A stretch of DNA of 64,000 nucleotides. Origin: the human T2T-CHM13v2.0 reference genome, Homo sapiens. Positions 12,953-26,345 of the stretch are shown here, in pieces (the first letter of the stretch is position 1; every line of letters begins with the position of its first letter). The position numbers were made by a program, and so were the translations under genes. The stretch lies in assembly GCF_009914755.1 (NCBI RefSeq), contig NC_060927.1; one strand, written 5' to 3'. The notes beneath the pieces are model-generated. The model had not been told where the DNA came from and made no database searches. It was given only the letters and a program-made list of their open reading frames with translations.

Positions 12953-15900
12953 ATTTTTTATTTTCATGGGTACATAGTAGGTATATATATTTTTGGGGTG
13001 CATGAGATATTTTGATACAGGCATATAATGCCTAATAATTACATCAGGGTAAATGATTATCCATCACCTCATGTATTTATCATTTATTTTGTTACAAATG
13101 TTCCAATTATACTCTTTTAGTTATTTTTAAATATACAATAAATTATTATTGACCATAATGACCCTGTTGTGCTATCAAATACTAGATCTTATTCATTCTA
13201 GCTAACAATATTTTTCTACCCATTAACCATCACCCCTTCCCTCTCCCCCAGTACCTTCCCAGCCTCTGGTAATGATCATTCTACTCTCTATTTTTGTGAG
13301 TTCAATGGTCTTAATTTCTAGCTTCTACAAATGTGTGAGAATATGCCAAATTTGACTATCTGTGTCTGGCTTATCTCATTTAACATAATGTCCTGCAGTT
13401 CCATCTATGTTGTTGCAAGTGACAGAATCTCATTTTCTTTCACGGCTGACTAGTATTCCACTGTGTATATGTACCACATTTTCTTTATCTATTCATCTGT
13501 TACCATTAACAGATGAACACTTAGGTGGCTTCCAAATTGTGGAGTTTGCACGTAGTGCTGAGATAAATATGGGAGTGCAGATATGTCTTAGATATACTGA
13601 TTTCCCTTCTTTGGGGTATATATCTAGAAGTTGGATTGCTGGATCATATGGCTGTTCCATTTTTTAGTTTTTTGAGGCACTTCCAAACAGTTCTCCATAG
13701 TCACTGTACTAATTTACATTCCTGCAAGAGCATATGAAGATTCCCTTTTCTCTCCACCCTGACTAGTATTTGTTATTGCCTGTCTTTTGGATAAAAGTTA
13801 TTTTAACTGGGGTGAGATGATATCTTATTGTATTTTTGATTTGCATTTCTGTGATAATCAATGATGTTGAACACCATTTTATATAACTATTTGCCACTCT
13901 ATGGGTTTTTTTGTTTTTTATTTTGTTTTGTTTTTGACTGAGTCTTGCTATGTTGCCCAGGCTGGAGTGCAGTGGCATGATCTCAGCTCACTGAAACTTC
14001 TGCCTCCCAGGTTCAAGCCACTCTGGTGCCTCAGCCTCCTGAGTAGCAGGGATTACAGGCACAGTCATGACACAGGGCTAATTTTTTGTTTAGTAGAGAT
14101 GGGGTTTTGCCATGTTGGCCAGGCTGGTCTCGAACTCCTGGCCTCAAGTGATCCACTTGCCTCGGCCTGCAAAGTGCTAGGATTACAGGTGCCTGACCGT
14201 CTTCTTTTGAGAAACATCTACTTAGATATTTTGCCCATTTTTAAACTGGGTTATCAGATTTTCTCCTGTAGAGTTGTTTGAGCTCCTTATATATTCTGGT
14301 TATTAATCCTTTATCAATGGGTGGTTTGCGTATATTTTCTTCTATTCTGTGGGTTGTCTCTTCACTTTGTTGATTGTTTCCTTTACTGTGCAGAAGCTTT
14401 TTAACTTGATGTGATTTCATTTGCCCATTTTTGTTTCAGTTGTCTGTACTTATGGGGTATTACTCAAGAAATTTTGCCCAGGCCAATGTCTTGGAGTTTC
14501 CCCAGTGTTTTCTTTTAGTAGCTTCATAGTTTCAGATCTTAGATTTACGTTTTTAATCAATCTTTATTTGATTTTTGTATATGGCAAGAGATAGGGATGT
14601 AGTTTCATTCTTCTGTATATGGATATCCAGTTTTCCCAGCATCAATTATTAAATAAAAGACAAAATAAAAGACTGACCTTTCCCCAATGTGGGTTCTTGG
14701 CACCTTTGTTGAAAATGAGTTCACTGTAGCAGTACGAATTTATTTCTGGGTTCTCTATTCTGTTCCACTGGTCTTCGTGTCTGTTTTTATGCCGACACTA
14801 TGCTGTTTTGGTTACAATAGTTCTGTAGTATAACCTGGAGTCAGGTAATGTGATTCCTCCAGTTTTATTCTTTTTGCTCAGGATAGCTCTCGCTATTCTA
14901 GGTCTTTTGTGCTTTCATATACATTTTAGGCTTACTTTTTCTACTTCTGTGAAGAATGTCATTGGTATTTTGATAGGGATTGCATTAAATCTGTAGATTG
15001 CTATGGGTACTATAAACATTTTAACAATATTTATTCTTCCAACCTATGAACATGGAATATCTTTTCATTTTCTGTGACCTCTTGAGTTTTTTTGCATCAA
15101 CATTTTACAATTTTAATTGTAGAGATTTTTCATTTGTTTGGTTAAGTCTTTTTAAGGTACTTTATTTTATTTGTAGCTATTGTAAATGGGATTAATTTCT
15201 TGATTTCTTTTTCAGATTGTTTGCTACTGACATATAAGAATACTGCTGATTTTTGTATGTTGACTATGTATTCTGCAACTTTACTGAGTTTATCAGTTCT
15301 AATAGTGTTTTTTTGGTGAGTCCTTAAGTTTTTCCCAATATAAGATTATAATATCTGCAAACAAGGATAACTTGATTTTTTTTTTCTGATTTGGTTGTCC
15401 TTTATATCTTTCTCTTATCTGATTGCTCTAGGTAGGACTTGCAGTATTATGTTCAGTAACAATGGTGACAGTGGGCATCCTTGTCTTGTTCCAGATCTTA
15501 GAGGAGAGGCCTTCAGTATTTTTCCCATACCCACAGTATGACTTTAGCTATAGATCTGTCATATACGGCTTTTATTATATTTAGGTATGTTTCTTCTAAC
15601 CCCAGTTGTTTGAGAGTTTCTATCACGAAGGGATATTGAATTTTATCCAATGCTTTTTCAGCATCATTTGAAATGATCACGTTTTTTGTCTTTCATTCTG
15701 TTGATATGATATATCACATTGGTTGATTTCAAAATATTGGACCATCCTTGCATCCTGGGATAAATCCCACTTGATGATTTTGCTTATTTATTCAAAAAAA
15801 CAACTTTTCATTTTTGTTGATCTTTTGTGTTTTATTGTTTCAATTTTATTTCTTCTCTGATCCTTATTATTTCCTTTCTTCTAATTTTGAGTTTGGTTTG

Positions 15901-18900
15901 CTCTTGCTTTTCTAGTTCTTTAGTTTGTAGAGTTAGGCTGTTTATTTGAAGTTTTTCTACTTTTTTTGATGCAGGTGCTTATTGCTATCAATCTCTATCT
16001 TAGTAGTGAGTTCACCATATTCCATAGGTTGAAATATGTTTTGTTTTCATTTTCATTTTTTTTCAAGAAATTTTACAATTTCCATCTTAATTTCTTCTTT
16101 TACCCACTGGTCATTAAGGAGCAAATTGTAAGATTTTCATGTGTTTTGATAGTTTCTAATGTTCCTCTGGTTGTTGATTCCTAGTTTTATTCTATTGTGG
16201 TCAGAGAAAATACTTGATATGATTTAATTTTTTTGAAATTTCTAATACTTGTTTCATGGCCTAACATATGGTCTATCCTTGAGAATGATCTATGTGCTGA
16301 AGAGAAGAATGTGTATTTGCAGCCATTAGATGAATTGTTCTATAAAAATCTATTAGGTCTATTTAATTCAGCAGTGTAGATTGAGTCCACTGTTTGTTGT
16401 TGATTTTCTGTCTGGAAGATCTGTCCAATGCTGAAAGTGGTGTGTTGAAGTTGCCATCTATTATTGTATTGGTGTTTTTCCCTCTCTAGCTCTAATAATA
16501 TTTGCTTTATTTATCTGGGTGCTCCAGTGTTGGGTTCGTATATATTTACAACTGTTATATCCTCTTACTGAATTGACTCCATTGTCATTGTACAATGACT
16601 ATCTTTGTTCTTTTCATAGCCTTTGTTTTGAAATCTATTTTGTCTGACTTAAGTATAGCAACATTTTTGGTTTCCATTGGCATGGAATATGTTTTACCAT
16701 CCCTTTATTTTCAGTCTATGTGTGGCTTTACACGTGAAGTGTGTTTCTTTTAGGCAATATATGATTGGGTCTCATTTTTTTTGTTTTGTTTTTTAATCCA
16801 TTCAGGCACCTTATGTCTTTTGACTGGAAAGTTTAGTCAATTTACATTCAATGTTATATTAATAAGTAAGGACTTACTTCTGCCATTTTGTTATTTGTTT
16901 ACAGCTTGTTTTGTGGTCTTCTCTTTCTCCCTTTCCTTCTTTCTGTCTTCCTTTTTATAGAGATGATTTTCTCTGGTGGAATATATTCTTGCTTTTTACT
17001 TTTTGTGTAACTGTTGTAAGTTACTTTTGTGTAACTGTTTTTGATTTGAGATAGCCACGAGGCTTGCAAATAGCATAACTCATTATTTTAAACTGATGAC
17101 AACTTAACATTTTTTGCAAAAACAAGCAAACAAGCAAAGAGAAGATTAATAAAGACCCTTTATTTTAACTTCATCCCAGCCCTTTTACCTTTTTGTTGTT
17201 TCTATATATATCTTATTTTATTGTTAATGTCTTGAAAGTGGTAGTTGTTATTTCTGATAGGTTTATCTTTTAGTCTTTCTAGTCAAGAGATGAGTAGTTT
17301 ATACATCACAGTTACAGTGTTATAATATTCTGTGTTTGTCTGTGTACTTACCGTTACCAGTGATTTTTGTACCTTCAGATGATTGTTGCTTGTTAACATT
17401 ATTTTCTTTCAGATTGAAGAACTCCCTTTAGCATGTCTTAGTAAGACAGGTCTGGTGTTGATGAAATACCTCAGCTTTTGTTTGTCTGGGAAAGTCTTTA
17501 TTTTTCTCCATATTTGAATGATATTTTCACTAGATATACTATTTTAGGGTAAAAGTTTTTTCTTTAGCACTTTAAATATGTCATGGCAGTCTCTCTTGGC
17601 CTGTAAAGTTTCCACTGGCAAGTCTGGTGCCAAATGTATTGGAGTTTTCTTTATGTTATTTGTGTCTTTTTTCTTGATGCTTTTAGGATCTTTTCTTTAT
17701 CCTTGACTTTTATGAGTTTGATTATTAAATGTCCCAAGTTAGTATTATATGAGTTACATATGCTTGGTGTTCTATACCCTTCTTGTGTATTGATATCTTT
17801 CTCTAGATTTGGAAAGTTCTCTGTTAGTATCCCTTTAAATAAACTTTCTACCCAGATCTCTCTCTCTATCCCCTCTTAAAGGCCAGTAACTCCTAGATTT
17901 GCCCTTTTGAGGCTATTTTCTAGATCTCGTAGGCATTCTTCCTTGTTTTTTTTTTCTTTTGTCTCCATTTACTGTGTATTTTCAAATAGTCTGCCTTCAA
18001 GCTTACTAATTCTTTCTTCTGTTTGATCAGTTCTGGTGTTGAGAGACTCATACATTCTTCAATATTTCAACTGAATCTTTCACCTCAAGAACTTCTGCTT
18101 GATTTTTAAGAATTATTTCAATCTATTCAATAAACTTATCTGACAGGATTCTGAATTCTTTCCCTGTGTTATCCTAAGTTTCGTCAATCTTCCTCAAAAC
18201 AGCCATTTTGAATTGTCTGTCTGAAAGATCACATTTCTCTGTCACTCTGGGGTTGATCACTGGTGCCTTATTTAGTTCATTTTGTGAGGTCATGTTTTCC
18301 CAGATGGTCCTGATGCTTGTCAATGTCCAGGCATTGAAGAGTTGGATATTTATTACGGTCATTTCAGTCTGGGCTTGTTTGTACCCAACATTCTTGTGAA
18401 GGCTATCTAAGTATTCAACGGGAATTGAGTATTGTGATCTGTCTTTGGTACTGCAGCCATATCTACATTATGAGGCACACCAATCCCAATAATAGTGTGA
18501 CTCTTTCAGAATCGTAGAAGTCCTGTCTCGGTGGTCTTGGGTAAGATCCGAATGAATTCTCTGTATTACCAGGAAGAGATTCTTGCTTCCTTCCCTTACC
18601 CCAAACAAATGGAATCTCTCTCTTCATGATGAGTTTCCTGGAGCTGAGGAAGGGGTGACACAAGCACCTCTGTAGCCTCCACCACTGGAACTGCATCCAG
18701 TCAGACCTGAATCCAGCATAGCACTGGGTCTCACCAAGGCCTGCAGTGATTATTGCCTGGCTACCACCAATATTCACTCAAAGTCCAAGGGCGCTTCACT
18801 TAGCAGGTGACAAATCCAGCCAGGCCTGTATTCTTCCCTTCAGGGCTGCAAGCTCTCCCTGAGCCCAGCAGATCCAGAAATTCTGCCCAGGAGGCAACAT

Positions 18901-20039
18901 TTGGAATCAGGAACCCCAGGAGGCCGCTTAGTGTTCTACACCACTGTGACTGAGCTGCTACCCAAGCTGCAAGATAAAGTTCCCTTTACTCTTCCCTCTC
19001 CTTTCCTCAAACAGAAAGAATCTCTCCTCATGGCTGCCACAGCTAGGAATGTACTGGGTCACATCTGAAGTCAGCGTGGCCCTGGATCTCACCCAATGCC
19101 TGCAGCAAATACTGCCTGGCTACCATTGATGTTTACTCAAGGTCCAAGCGCTCTTTAGTCATCACATGGTGGATCCTGCCAAAACTGGGTCCTTAACTTC
19201 AAGGTGGTGGGTTCTCTTCTGTCCAAGGGTGTGTCGAGAAATGTCATCTGGGAGCTAGGGCCTGGAATGGGTGCCTCAGGACTCTGTCTAGTGCCCTATT
19301 TTACTGTGGCTGAGCTGGTATCCAAGTTGGAAAACAATGTTCTCTCCTTTCCCCTTTCTTTTTCTCAAGCAGAAAGAAGGAATCTCTCAGAATTCTGAGT
19401 TGTGCTGCCTGGGGTTGGGGGATGGGTGACACAAATACTTTCTTGGCCACTCTGACTTGTGTCTCACTAGGTCACATGCACCCCAAGTCCACTGGCTTCT
19501 AGCCCAGTACAGCGCCAAGACTTGCCCAGAAATTGCAGTCCTTGTGGTGTAGACTGCCTTTCAACTTTATTTAGAACCCCATAGCATTTTAGCCCATGGT
19601 GGTGGGGCTACCAGGAACTCAGGCTCTGACTCCCAGAATGGACAATTCCTTTCTGGCTACAGTAGGTCTAAATACTTCTTCTGTGGGCACCAGCTGAATT
19701 ATCTCCTGCATTGCTTTCTACTGTGACAGGCAGCACTGAGTTCCACTGCAAAGTCCTACAATCACCGTGCTCTCCCTTTCCCAAACACACAGATTCTCTC
19801 TCAGCACCATGAGCCCCCTGCCAGGAAATGGGAGTGGCTGTCAGGAACTCAAGACTATCTTTTCTACACTGTTCATGCCTCTTTCCTTATGATGTTAAAA
19901 CCAGGTACTATGGTCACTCACCTGATTTTTGTTCCTCCAAAGATGTTTTCTTGTGTGAGTAGTTGTTCAATTTCCTGTTCCTGCAGTGGAGACAATCACT
20001 ATAGGGTTCTATCTGGCTGTCTTGCTCTGCCTGCTCACC
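12953..20039 (-). mobile_element. Near-full-length ancient L1 (L1MA2/L1MA3-like): 3' UTR, decayed ORF2 with internal deletion, ORF1, 5' UTR
   Basis: L1MA-type 3' end (gggtacatagtaggtatatatattt...); antisense ORF2 motifs throughout; ORF1 N-terminal remnant MTSQNELNKAPVINPRVTEKCDLSDRQFKMAVLRK (ORF 18174-18362); degenerate TSD aaacggcacc (12941) / aaaaggcactttt (20040) with TT/AAAA site on the minus strand. Confidence 0.9.
13905..14198 (-). mobile_element. Antisense Alu (old S/J) nested in the L1MA
   Basis: T-rich tail followed by gagtcttgctatgttgcccaggctggagtgcagtgg; small internal deletions. Confidence 0.93.
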
Positions 20040-21137
20040 AAAAGGCACTTTTAAGGCATTGTGGTATTTGAAAACATCACTGAAGTGGTTATGACCCATG
20101 CAAAAAAATGTGTGTGACTGAATCCTCCCGGTGCTGTTATTTATTCCTAGCATACCTTTGATTTTAGATTCAGGTTAGCTCCATATTCTGAAGTGCTTCC
20201 AATTCTGACTTCCTGCTTCTGAAGTTTAGCCCGAGTACTATAGAAGTCCCTCCCAGTTACTACAGACTCCACTTTTTTTGAGTCCACGCAGACTGTGGCA
20301 TACAAGCACTCTGGATTGCTCAGCAGCATTGTAAAAGGATCTATGGGGATAAGGTACAATTAGTGAGCTCCTCGCTTTGGCCCCTTTAATTCTTGAGATT
20401 TTCATTTTTCTTTGGGAACTAAAACCTAAGTATACATAGTGATAAAAGCTAAAGGTAACATAATAAAAATTATCTTATTATTTCTTTCTTTTGCCTAACT
20501 GTGTTCTGGAAAAAACAAAGCCATTTATAATGAAAAATCATTAAAGCAAAAATTCAACATTGAACATGCTAGTGTCTGAACATGCTTTATGTAAGAGTTA
20601 AATAAAAATTGAGAAAACAAAGCAGTTTTCACTGGCTTAAAGTTTGATATTTGTATATATATAATTGCCTTCCATGATGATGACTGATTCAGAAGGGCAT
20701 GGCATTTACTTGACATGCTCTCATGGCATTCTTTCTCTCCAGTTTCCCAAGTAAGTATAGGGCTTTTATTTTTGAAATTAGTTTGGTTAATTGCAGTTGA
20801 CCAGGGTGAACTGGCCAAATAGAACACCAAGTACCTTGAATGTACTTGTGTTGGCACAGGCATATATGAGATGAGAAAGTCAGAGACGGAGACTTCTCCT
20901 AGCTTCTTTTCCACCTTAGCCAGTGGCAAATATCTTTTCTGAAAATAATAACAACATGCATTTGGTTTTGATTGTTATTAAATTTGTGATGAGCCACAGT
21001 TGGAGGTCATGGCTGCGATTTTGTAAAATAGGGTATTGGGGAAGGAAATGAGGTTAGGCAATTTCCTGGGCATGATTTTTCTTACTTTTATTCATAAAGG
21101 TAAGAATGCACTTATAGGACACATGCATATAATGTAA

Positions 21138-21310
21138 TAATACTTCTCATCTCTGGCTGTACATTAAAATAACTTGGGGAGCACTGGAGAACTACCCCCT
21201 ACCCGTTTCAGAGATTCTGATTTAATTGGCCTGGCAAACAACCAGGGCATCAGTAGTTGCCAAAGTTCTTCAGGTAATTCTGATTTGCCTGTGGGCATGA
21301 GAACCACCCA
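21138..21310. mobile_element. MER5-family hAT-Charlie MITE
   Basis: ggctgtacattaaaataacttgggga...cagagattctgatttaattgg...caggtaattctgat...tgagaaccac. Confidence 0.75.
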
Positions 21311-24131
21311 TGTTCCTGAAGACAGCATTTCCTGACCGATAGAGCCTTGAAATTAGAACAATGGAATCTGTATTCTAGTCCTGGCTTCGCCAACTTGAGC
21401 AGTCTTAACCTCTGTGAAATTATATCAGTTCTTTGAGAAAACATAGTTATTATTGTAACCAAGCTCTCAAATTCATTCTGCTCTAAGAACTTGGGATTCT
21501 AATTATCTCCTTCCAGAAAAAACAAACAAACAAACAAAACACTAATGTTTAATTACAGATATTAACATATTGTTTACAATGTAAGAAATATAAATATGAA
21601 TCAGATATTGTCTTTGACCTTTGGTTATTCACTGGCTATTGTCGGATGCTGGGGGGGTGACAATGAGTTAACTTTAATAGAGTTTCATTAATACAAGTAA
21701 ATCATGCAAAATAATGGCAGCAATCAATTGTCTTTTAAACAGAGAAGTCTTAATCTCGTGAAGAAAGTATGATTTGAGCTTAATCTCAAATAGGGGTTAT
21801 AGAGCAGCATTTGCAAAGGCTCTGGAGAGTGCAGAAAATGTTTTGGGAACAAATAGTTAAGGGTGGCCTCATTGATTGATCCTATAGACAAGAAGTTATG
21901 AAGGCTTCCCAGGACCAGATTGTGAATGGTCTTAAACTCAGGCACTCAATCAAGTATAAGAGAAATAGTAAAAGTTTGATAGTGATATTAAAGAGCTTTG
22001 CATTTTACATTTTGAGAAATATTTCCCAGTTGCCCTCCAGGCTCCTTCCTGGGTCAGTGCTGCAGGGAGGCTTTAATTGGCAAGTCCGGGAATCAAACTC
22101 AAGTCTGAACGCAAAATCCATGAGGTCCTTCTTAACCATCAGACCATACGGCCTCAGGCTTTTCATGTATACCATAATGAGAAAAATCCTTTCTACCTTA
22201 TAACTTTGCTGTGATTGACTATATGAGATAGTGCATGCATATTTTACTGCATGCTTGATACATATTAAGTGCTCAGTAAATTATATATTTCTGTCCTGTG
22301 GTGGTTTCAACCTGGCAACCTCTGTACCTGTGTTCCCTCCAGCAATGAAAGCATGCAGACTCAGCATTTTTACCTGTACCGCTTAGTTACACCGTGATTG
22401 ACAGCCTCCATTACCCAGATTCTTAGTATAGTTTCTCAGTCCTCTCATTCAATTTAATTCAATAGTTACTAAAATCTTGCTAGTGCTCAGCAGACCATGT
22501 AGATGGCTGTGTATTAGGAATAAGAGGATGCAAAAATGAATATGGCATACTGTCTTCATTCCGGGAGCCTGCAATCCAATAGTGAAAATAGATGTAGTCA
22601 TAAATATTTAATACAAGGCCAATGTGGACATAGCTTTGATTGCCTGCTGGAGGCAGAGAAAGGGCAGATGTGAAAATGTGATAGTTCTTTGTAGTTTATT
22701 TTTTAATTAGGCCTAAGTAAAATGGTTGGTTTAAGTTGTAAACATTTGACAAAAAGCCTAAGGTACTTTGGCTCAGAAATTACAGATGAATTATAATGAA
22801 ACTGCATATTAGAAAATAGAGGAAAACATGTCTAAATGCTCAGTTTGTGAATTGTATCTATCTTTCAATAACCATGCAAAATAAAAGCCAATGTATTAGC
22901 TTGACAATTGTTCTGCATCTCTACTATGTCCAGCATATCAAAATATGTTACAGAATTCAGTAAAGGAAAATTTATTTCCTCCAATAAATTATCAAACAGT
23001 AAATCTTGTCAGTTTCTCTAACGTGTCTTAACTTCAAATCACTGATGTATTTACTCACTAAACACATCTATAAAAATGGCAATCCTGGAAAATTGTCTGG
23101 GGTATCTTTTGATTAGCATTGGTTTTTGTTTGTTTCTTCAATTTTATATAATTATTTTTCATAGTTACAGTCAATATAGGAAAATTGAAAGTTACCAGAA
23201 GCCTAAAATCTGTTAACAGTTTGTACTAAAACTTGAATTCTTAATTGGGATGCTTTTATCCTGTAAGCAATTTTTGCAGGTCACCTGATTCACATTAGCT
23301 AATCTCCTAGAGAAAATTAAACATACGAACACTATTTATTAAAGTGAACATCTCTACAAAATAATATTAATGACTAGAAATCCCTCAGAAAGCAAATATT
23401 AAGTCCTTTTATCCATTTGTTAACATTTGTTTTCAAGTTAAATTTGTATAACATTAAGATATTGTAATTGCAGTGCTTGTATCTTCCATCATACTGCACT
23501 GCCTTAGTGTTCTCATCTGCAATGCAATAATACATATTGAGTAAAGCTAAATCTGGCTTCCAACCTTAATTAAGAAAGTGCTGTTATATGCAGCAACACA
23601 TAGGCCTTGCATTTCCCAATGCCCAGTGAAGACGTAAATTCCTCACTGCCTGAATTAATGCTGGCACACAGGCACATAAGGACCAGAATCTTCATCACCA
23701 GCTCATAATTTTTGATTGCTCATCGTTGGCAAAGTACTCTAACTAGGCACTCTAATGGGCACATACATAACCAAACATGCTGATGATGCTGTTTTTACAT
23801 CTGAGGGTTCTATGTGAGCAAAAGAAGCCTTGAGGAGATAACAGAGTAATGCTGAACATGGCATTTTATGAACTAAGGAAAATTACTGAAAGACTAGAGA
23901 CATAAATGAATATTGCCCCTCAGATAGAACTCATATATACTCTTCATACCAGAAACTCCTTTTTGATACTCAAAAGGTAGGCTCTCTTTCTGTGAACAAA
24001 GATAATATTTATAGTAGAGCTACGAGGAAGATATTAAAATTGATAACACTCTGAAGAAGCTTGAGGTCAATGCTTTGGTAGGGGCATCCTAAGGGTATCT
24101 TGGAGAAAGAATATTAAGGTATATTAAAATC

Positions 24132-24412
24132 TTTTTTTTTTTTTTGAGAGATGGAGTCTCGCTCTGTCACTCAGGCTAGAGTACAGGCACCATCTTGGCT
24201 CACTGCAACCCCTACTTCCTGGACTCAAGTCTCCATGGTACCTGAGATTATAGGTACCTGCCTCCATGCCCGGCTAGGTTTTTTGTATTTTTATTGGAGA
24301 CAGGGTTTTGCCATGCTGGCCAGGCTTATCTTGAACTCCTGACCTCAAGTGATCCACCCACCTCAGCCTCCCAAATTGCTGGGATTACAGGCGTAAGCCA
24401 CCGTGCTTGGCC
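24132..24412 (-). mobile_element. Antisense Alu (S/J) with internal deletions
   Basis: T14 then gagagatggagtctcgctctgtcac...ctgacctcaagtgatccaccc...ggcc. Confidence 0.93.
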
Positions 24413-24499
24413 AGATATATGTCTTCTTTAGTGAATAGTAATAACAATTTACCCATAATTGGGCTGGAAGATAGTTGAACTTGTGTTGACTATAGGAGT

Positions 24500-25190
24500 C
24501 ATACCCACCAATTCAACAAACACTTTCTGAGCAAACCCCTATTGCCAAATACTGTTTTATGTACTATGGATAAATCATAAATAAGAATAATGTTTTCTGC
24601 TCTTGAGAATAGCAGTAAAAAGTAAAGTAAACAAAGTCAACTTATAGTATTATGCTGAATATAGGAACATGTGATATGATAGGGACTTACTGGCTAGAGG
24701 ATCAGTCTGAAAGCATGGATATCTTTGGGGTAATCCAGAAAGAGCAAGAACACCAGTGTGACTGGCACCAAATGATCATGGAAGAGAGGAGTTGGAGAGG
24801 TAGGCAGGGGTCAGCTCTTACAGAACTGCCCAACTGCCCTCTGACAATGTGAGGAGTTTGAATTTTATTCTAAGTTTAATGCCATCAATTAGAGGCTTTA
24901 TTAAGCAGGGTAAGTAAATGTAGACTCTAGAGTCTCTGCTTCTAAGGTTCATTGACGTATTTACAAGATCACTCTGATCATAGTGTCAAAATTATGTTGT
25001 AAGGTGGTAGAGGCAAAAGTAGAAAGAGTCATTGGGATAATTCAAGCAAGAAATCAAGGTAATGTGGAGTTGGATATTAGCAGTGGAGATGGAGATAAAG
25101 GGACAGATTTAACATGTATTTAGGGGTTAGAGCCACAGGAACTCACATAGCGATTTGCCTGCTTGAGGCAATTAGGAGACCACATAAGAC
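24500..25190 (-). mobile_element. L2 fragments
   Basis: attcaacaaacactttctgagc...; gtgaggagtttgaattttattct; agcagtggagatggaga are typical of antisense L2. Confidence 0.55.
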
Positions 25191-25648
25191 TTTTGATGTG
25201 AATAAGGATTGTTTGTAAGGGTAGAGAAGTTGCCACAAAACAAAGCATCATACCCAATTTTTAACAAAACCGTGTAGTGCCTCTGCTACAGAAATAGTAT
25301 AGGTAGTGCAGATTATAATACATAAAGGAGAAGAAAAGACATGGGAGATGAATGCAGAAAAAAATCTAATGAAATATTTAAGGGACAGAAGTCTGTGAGA
25401 TGATTGTGGTGTGGAGGGAAAAAACAAAAAAACAGTTTGGGAGTCAGGAGTCAGGAGTCTTGAACTCGGAATCCATCTCAAGTACTAATCCAAGGTATAA
25501 TTCTGAGAAATGAGCTTTATCTTTTGAAAGTCCTGTCTCCTCATTTGTAAAAGAAGAGTGATGTGGAAGAAGATTGTCTCTATAGTCACTAATAGCTTAA
25601 AATGTTCATTACCCCATTAGTCTTTTGCTTTAGAAAAATAATGGCTGA

Positions 25649-25781
25649 TATACCTAATGCTAGATGATGAGTTAGTGGGTGCAGCGCACCAGCGTGGCAC
25701 ATGTATACATATGTAACTAACCTGCACATTGTGCACATGTACCCTAAAGCTTAAAGTATAAAAATAATAAATGAAAAAAAA
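25649..25781 (+). mobile_element. ~130-bp young L1 3' end (L1PA2/3-like) with perfect 17-bp TSD
   Basis: TSD agaaaaataatggctga at 25632-25648 and 25782-25798; TTT/AGAA nick site; body tatacctaatgctagatgatgagttagtgggtgcagcgcaccagc... Confidence 0.95.
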
Positions 25782-26078
25782 AGAAAAATAATGGCTGAAA
25801 GATGCATGATGAAAGGTTGTATAATTATGTGTTCTAAACAACTTTTTTTTACTAAGTGACAGTGTATTTTAAACTTAGAAGAGTTAAGAACTTAGAAAAG
25901 AGTAAATTTTATCCATATGAAATGCAACAGTGTTTTACTTAAGGAATAGTGAAATTGTGGAATATTTGCCTTAAGTATTGACATAGTTATACATTCTCCA
26001 AATAGTTAATTAATTTCCTATGTACTAGGCTCCAGAAATATAAACATTTTTACATGGTTAGATAAATCATATATAAAT

Positions 26079-26150
26079 GAATCATTACAGAGCACTTACC
26101 ATGTACTAGGGCCTGAATCATTACATAGCACTTACCATGTACTAGGGCCT
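26079..26150. repeat. 36-bp tandem duplication (1 mismatch)
   Basis: gaatcattaca(g/t)agcacttaccatgtactagggcct x2. Confidence 0.95.
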
Positions 26151-26345
26151 AAGCACTTTAGAATTATTAATTAATTCTCAAGATAGTTGTACAAGACAAG
26201 TATTGTTTTCTTCCGTTCCACAGATGAGAAAAATGAGACTCAGAGAAATTAACTAACTTGTCTAAGGTCACAAAGTTAGTAAGTGGATGGGCCAAGATTT
26301 GGATCCAGGATTTCTGGTTCTAAGGTCTCTGCCCCTAAATGCTAT
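26090..26345 (-). mobile_element. MIR
   Basis: Core cagatgagaaaaatgagactcagagaaattaactaacttgtctaaggtcaca. Confidence 0.85.

Noticed and set aside
1-20040. Similarity of 1-3240 to 17140-20040 as a segmental duplication
   Set aside because: Similarity is confined to L1 sequence, is well diverged, has different UTR unit numbers and unrelated flanks: independent insertions of related L1MA subfamilies.
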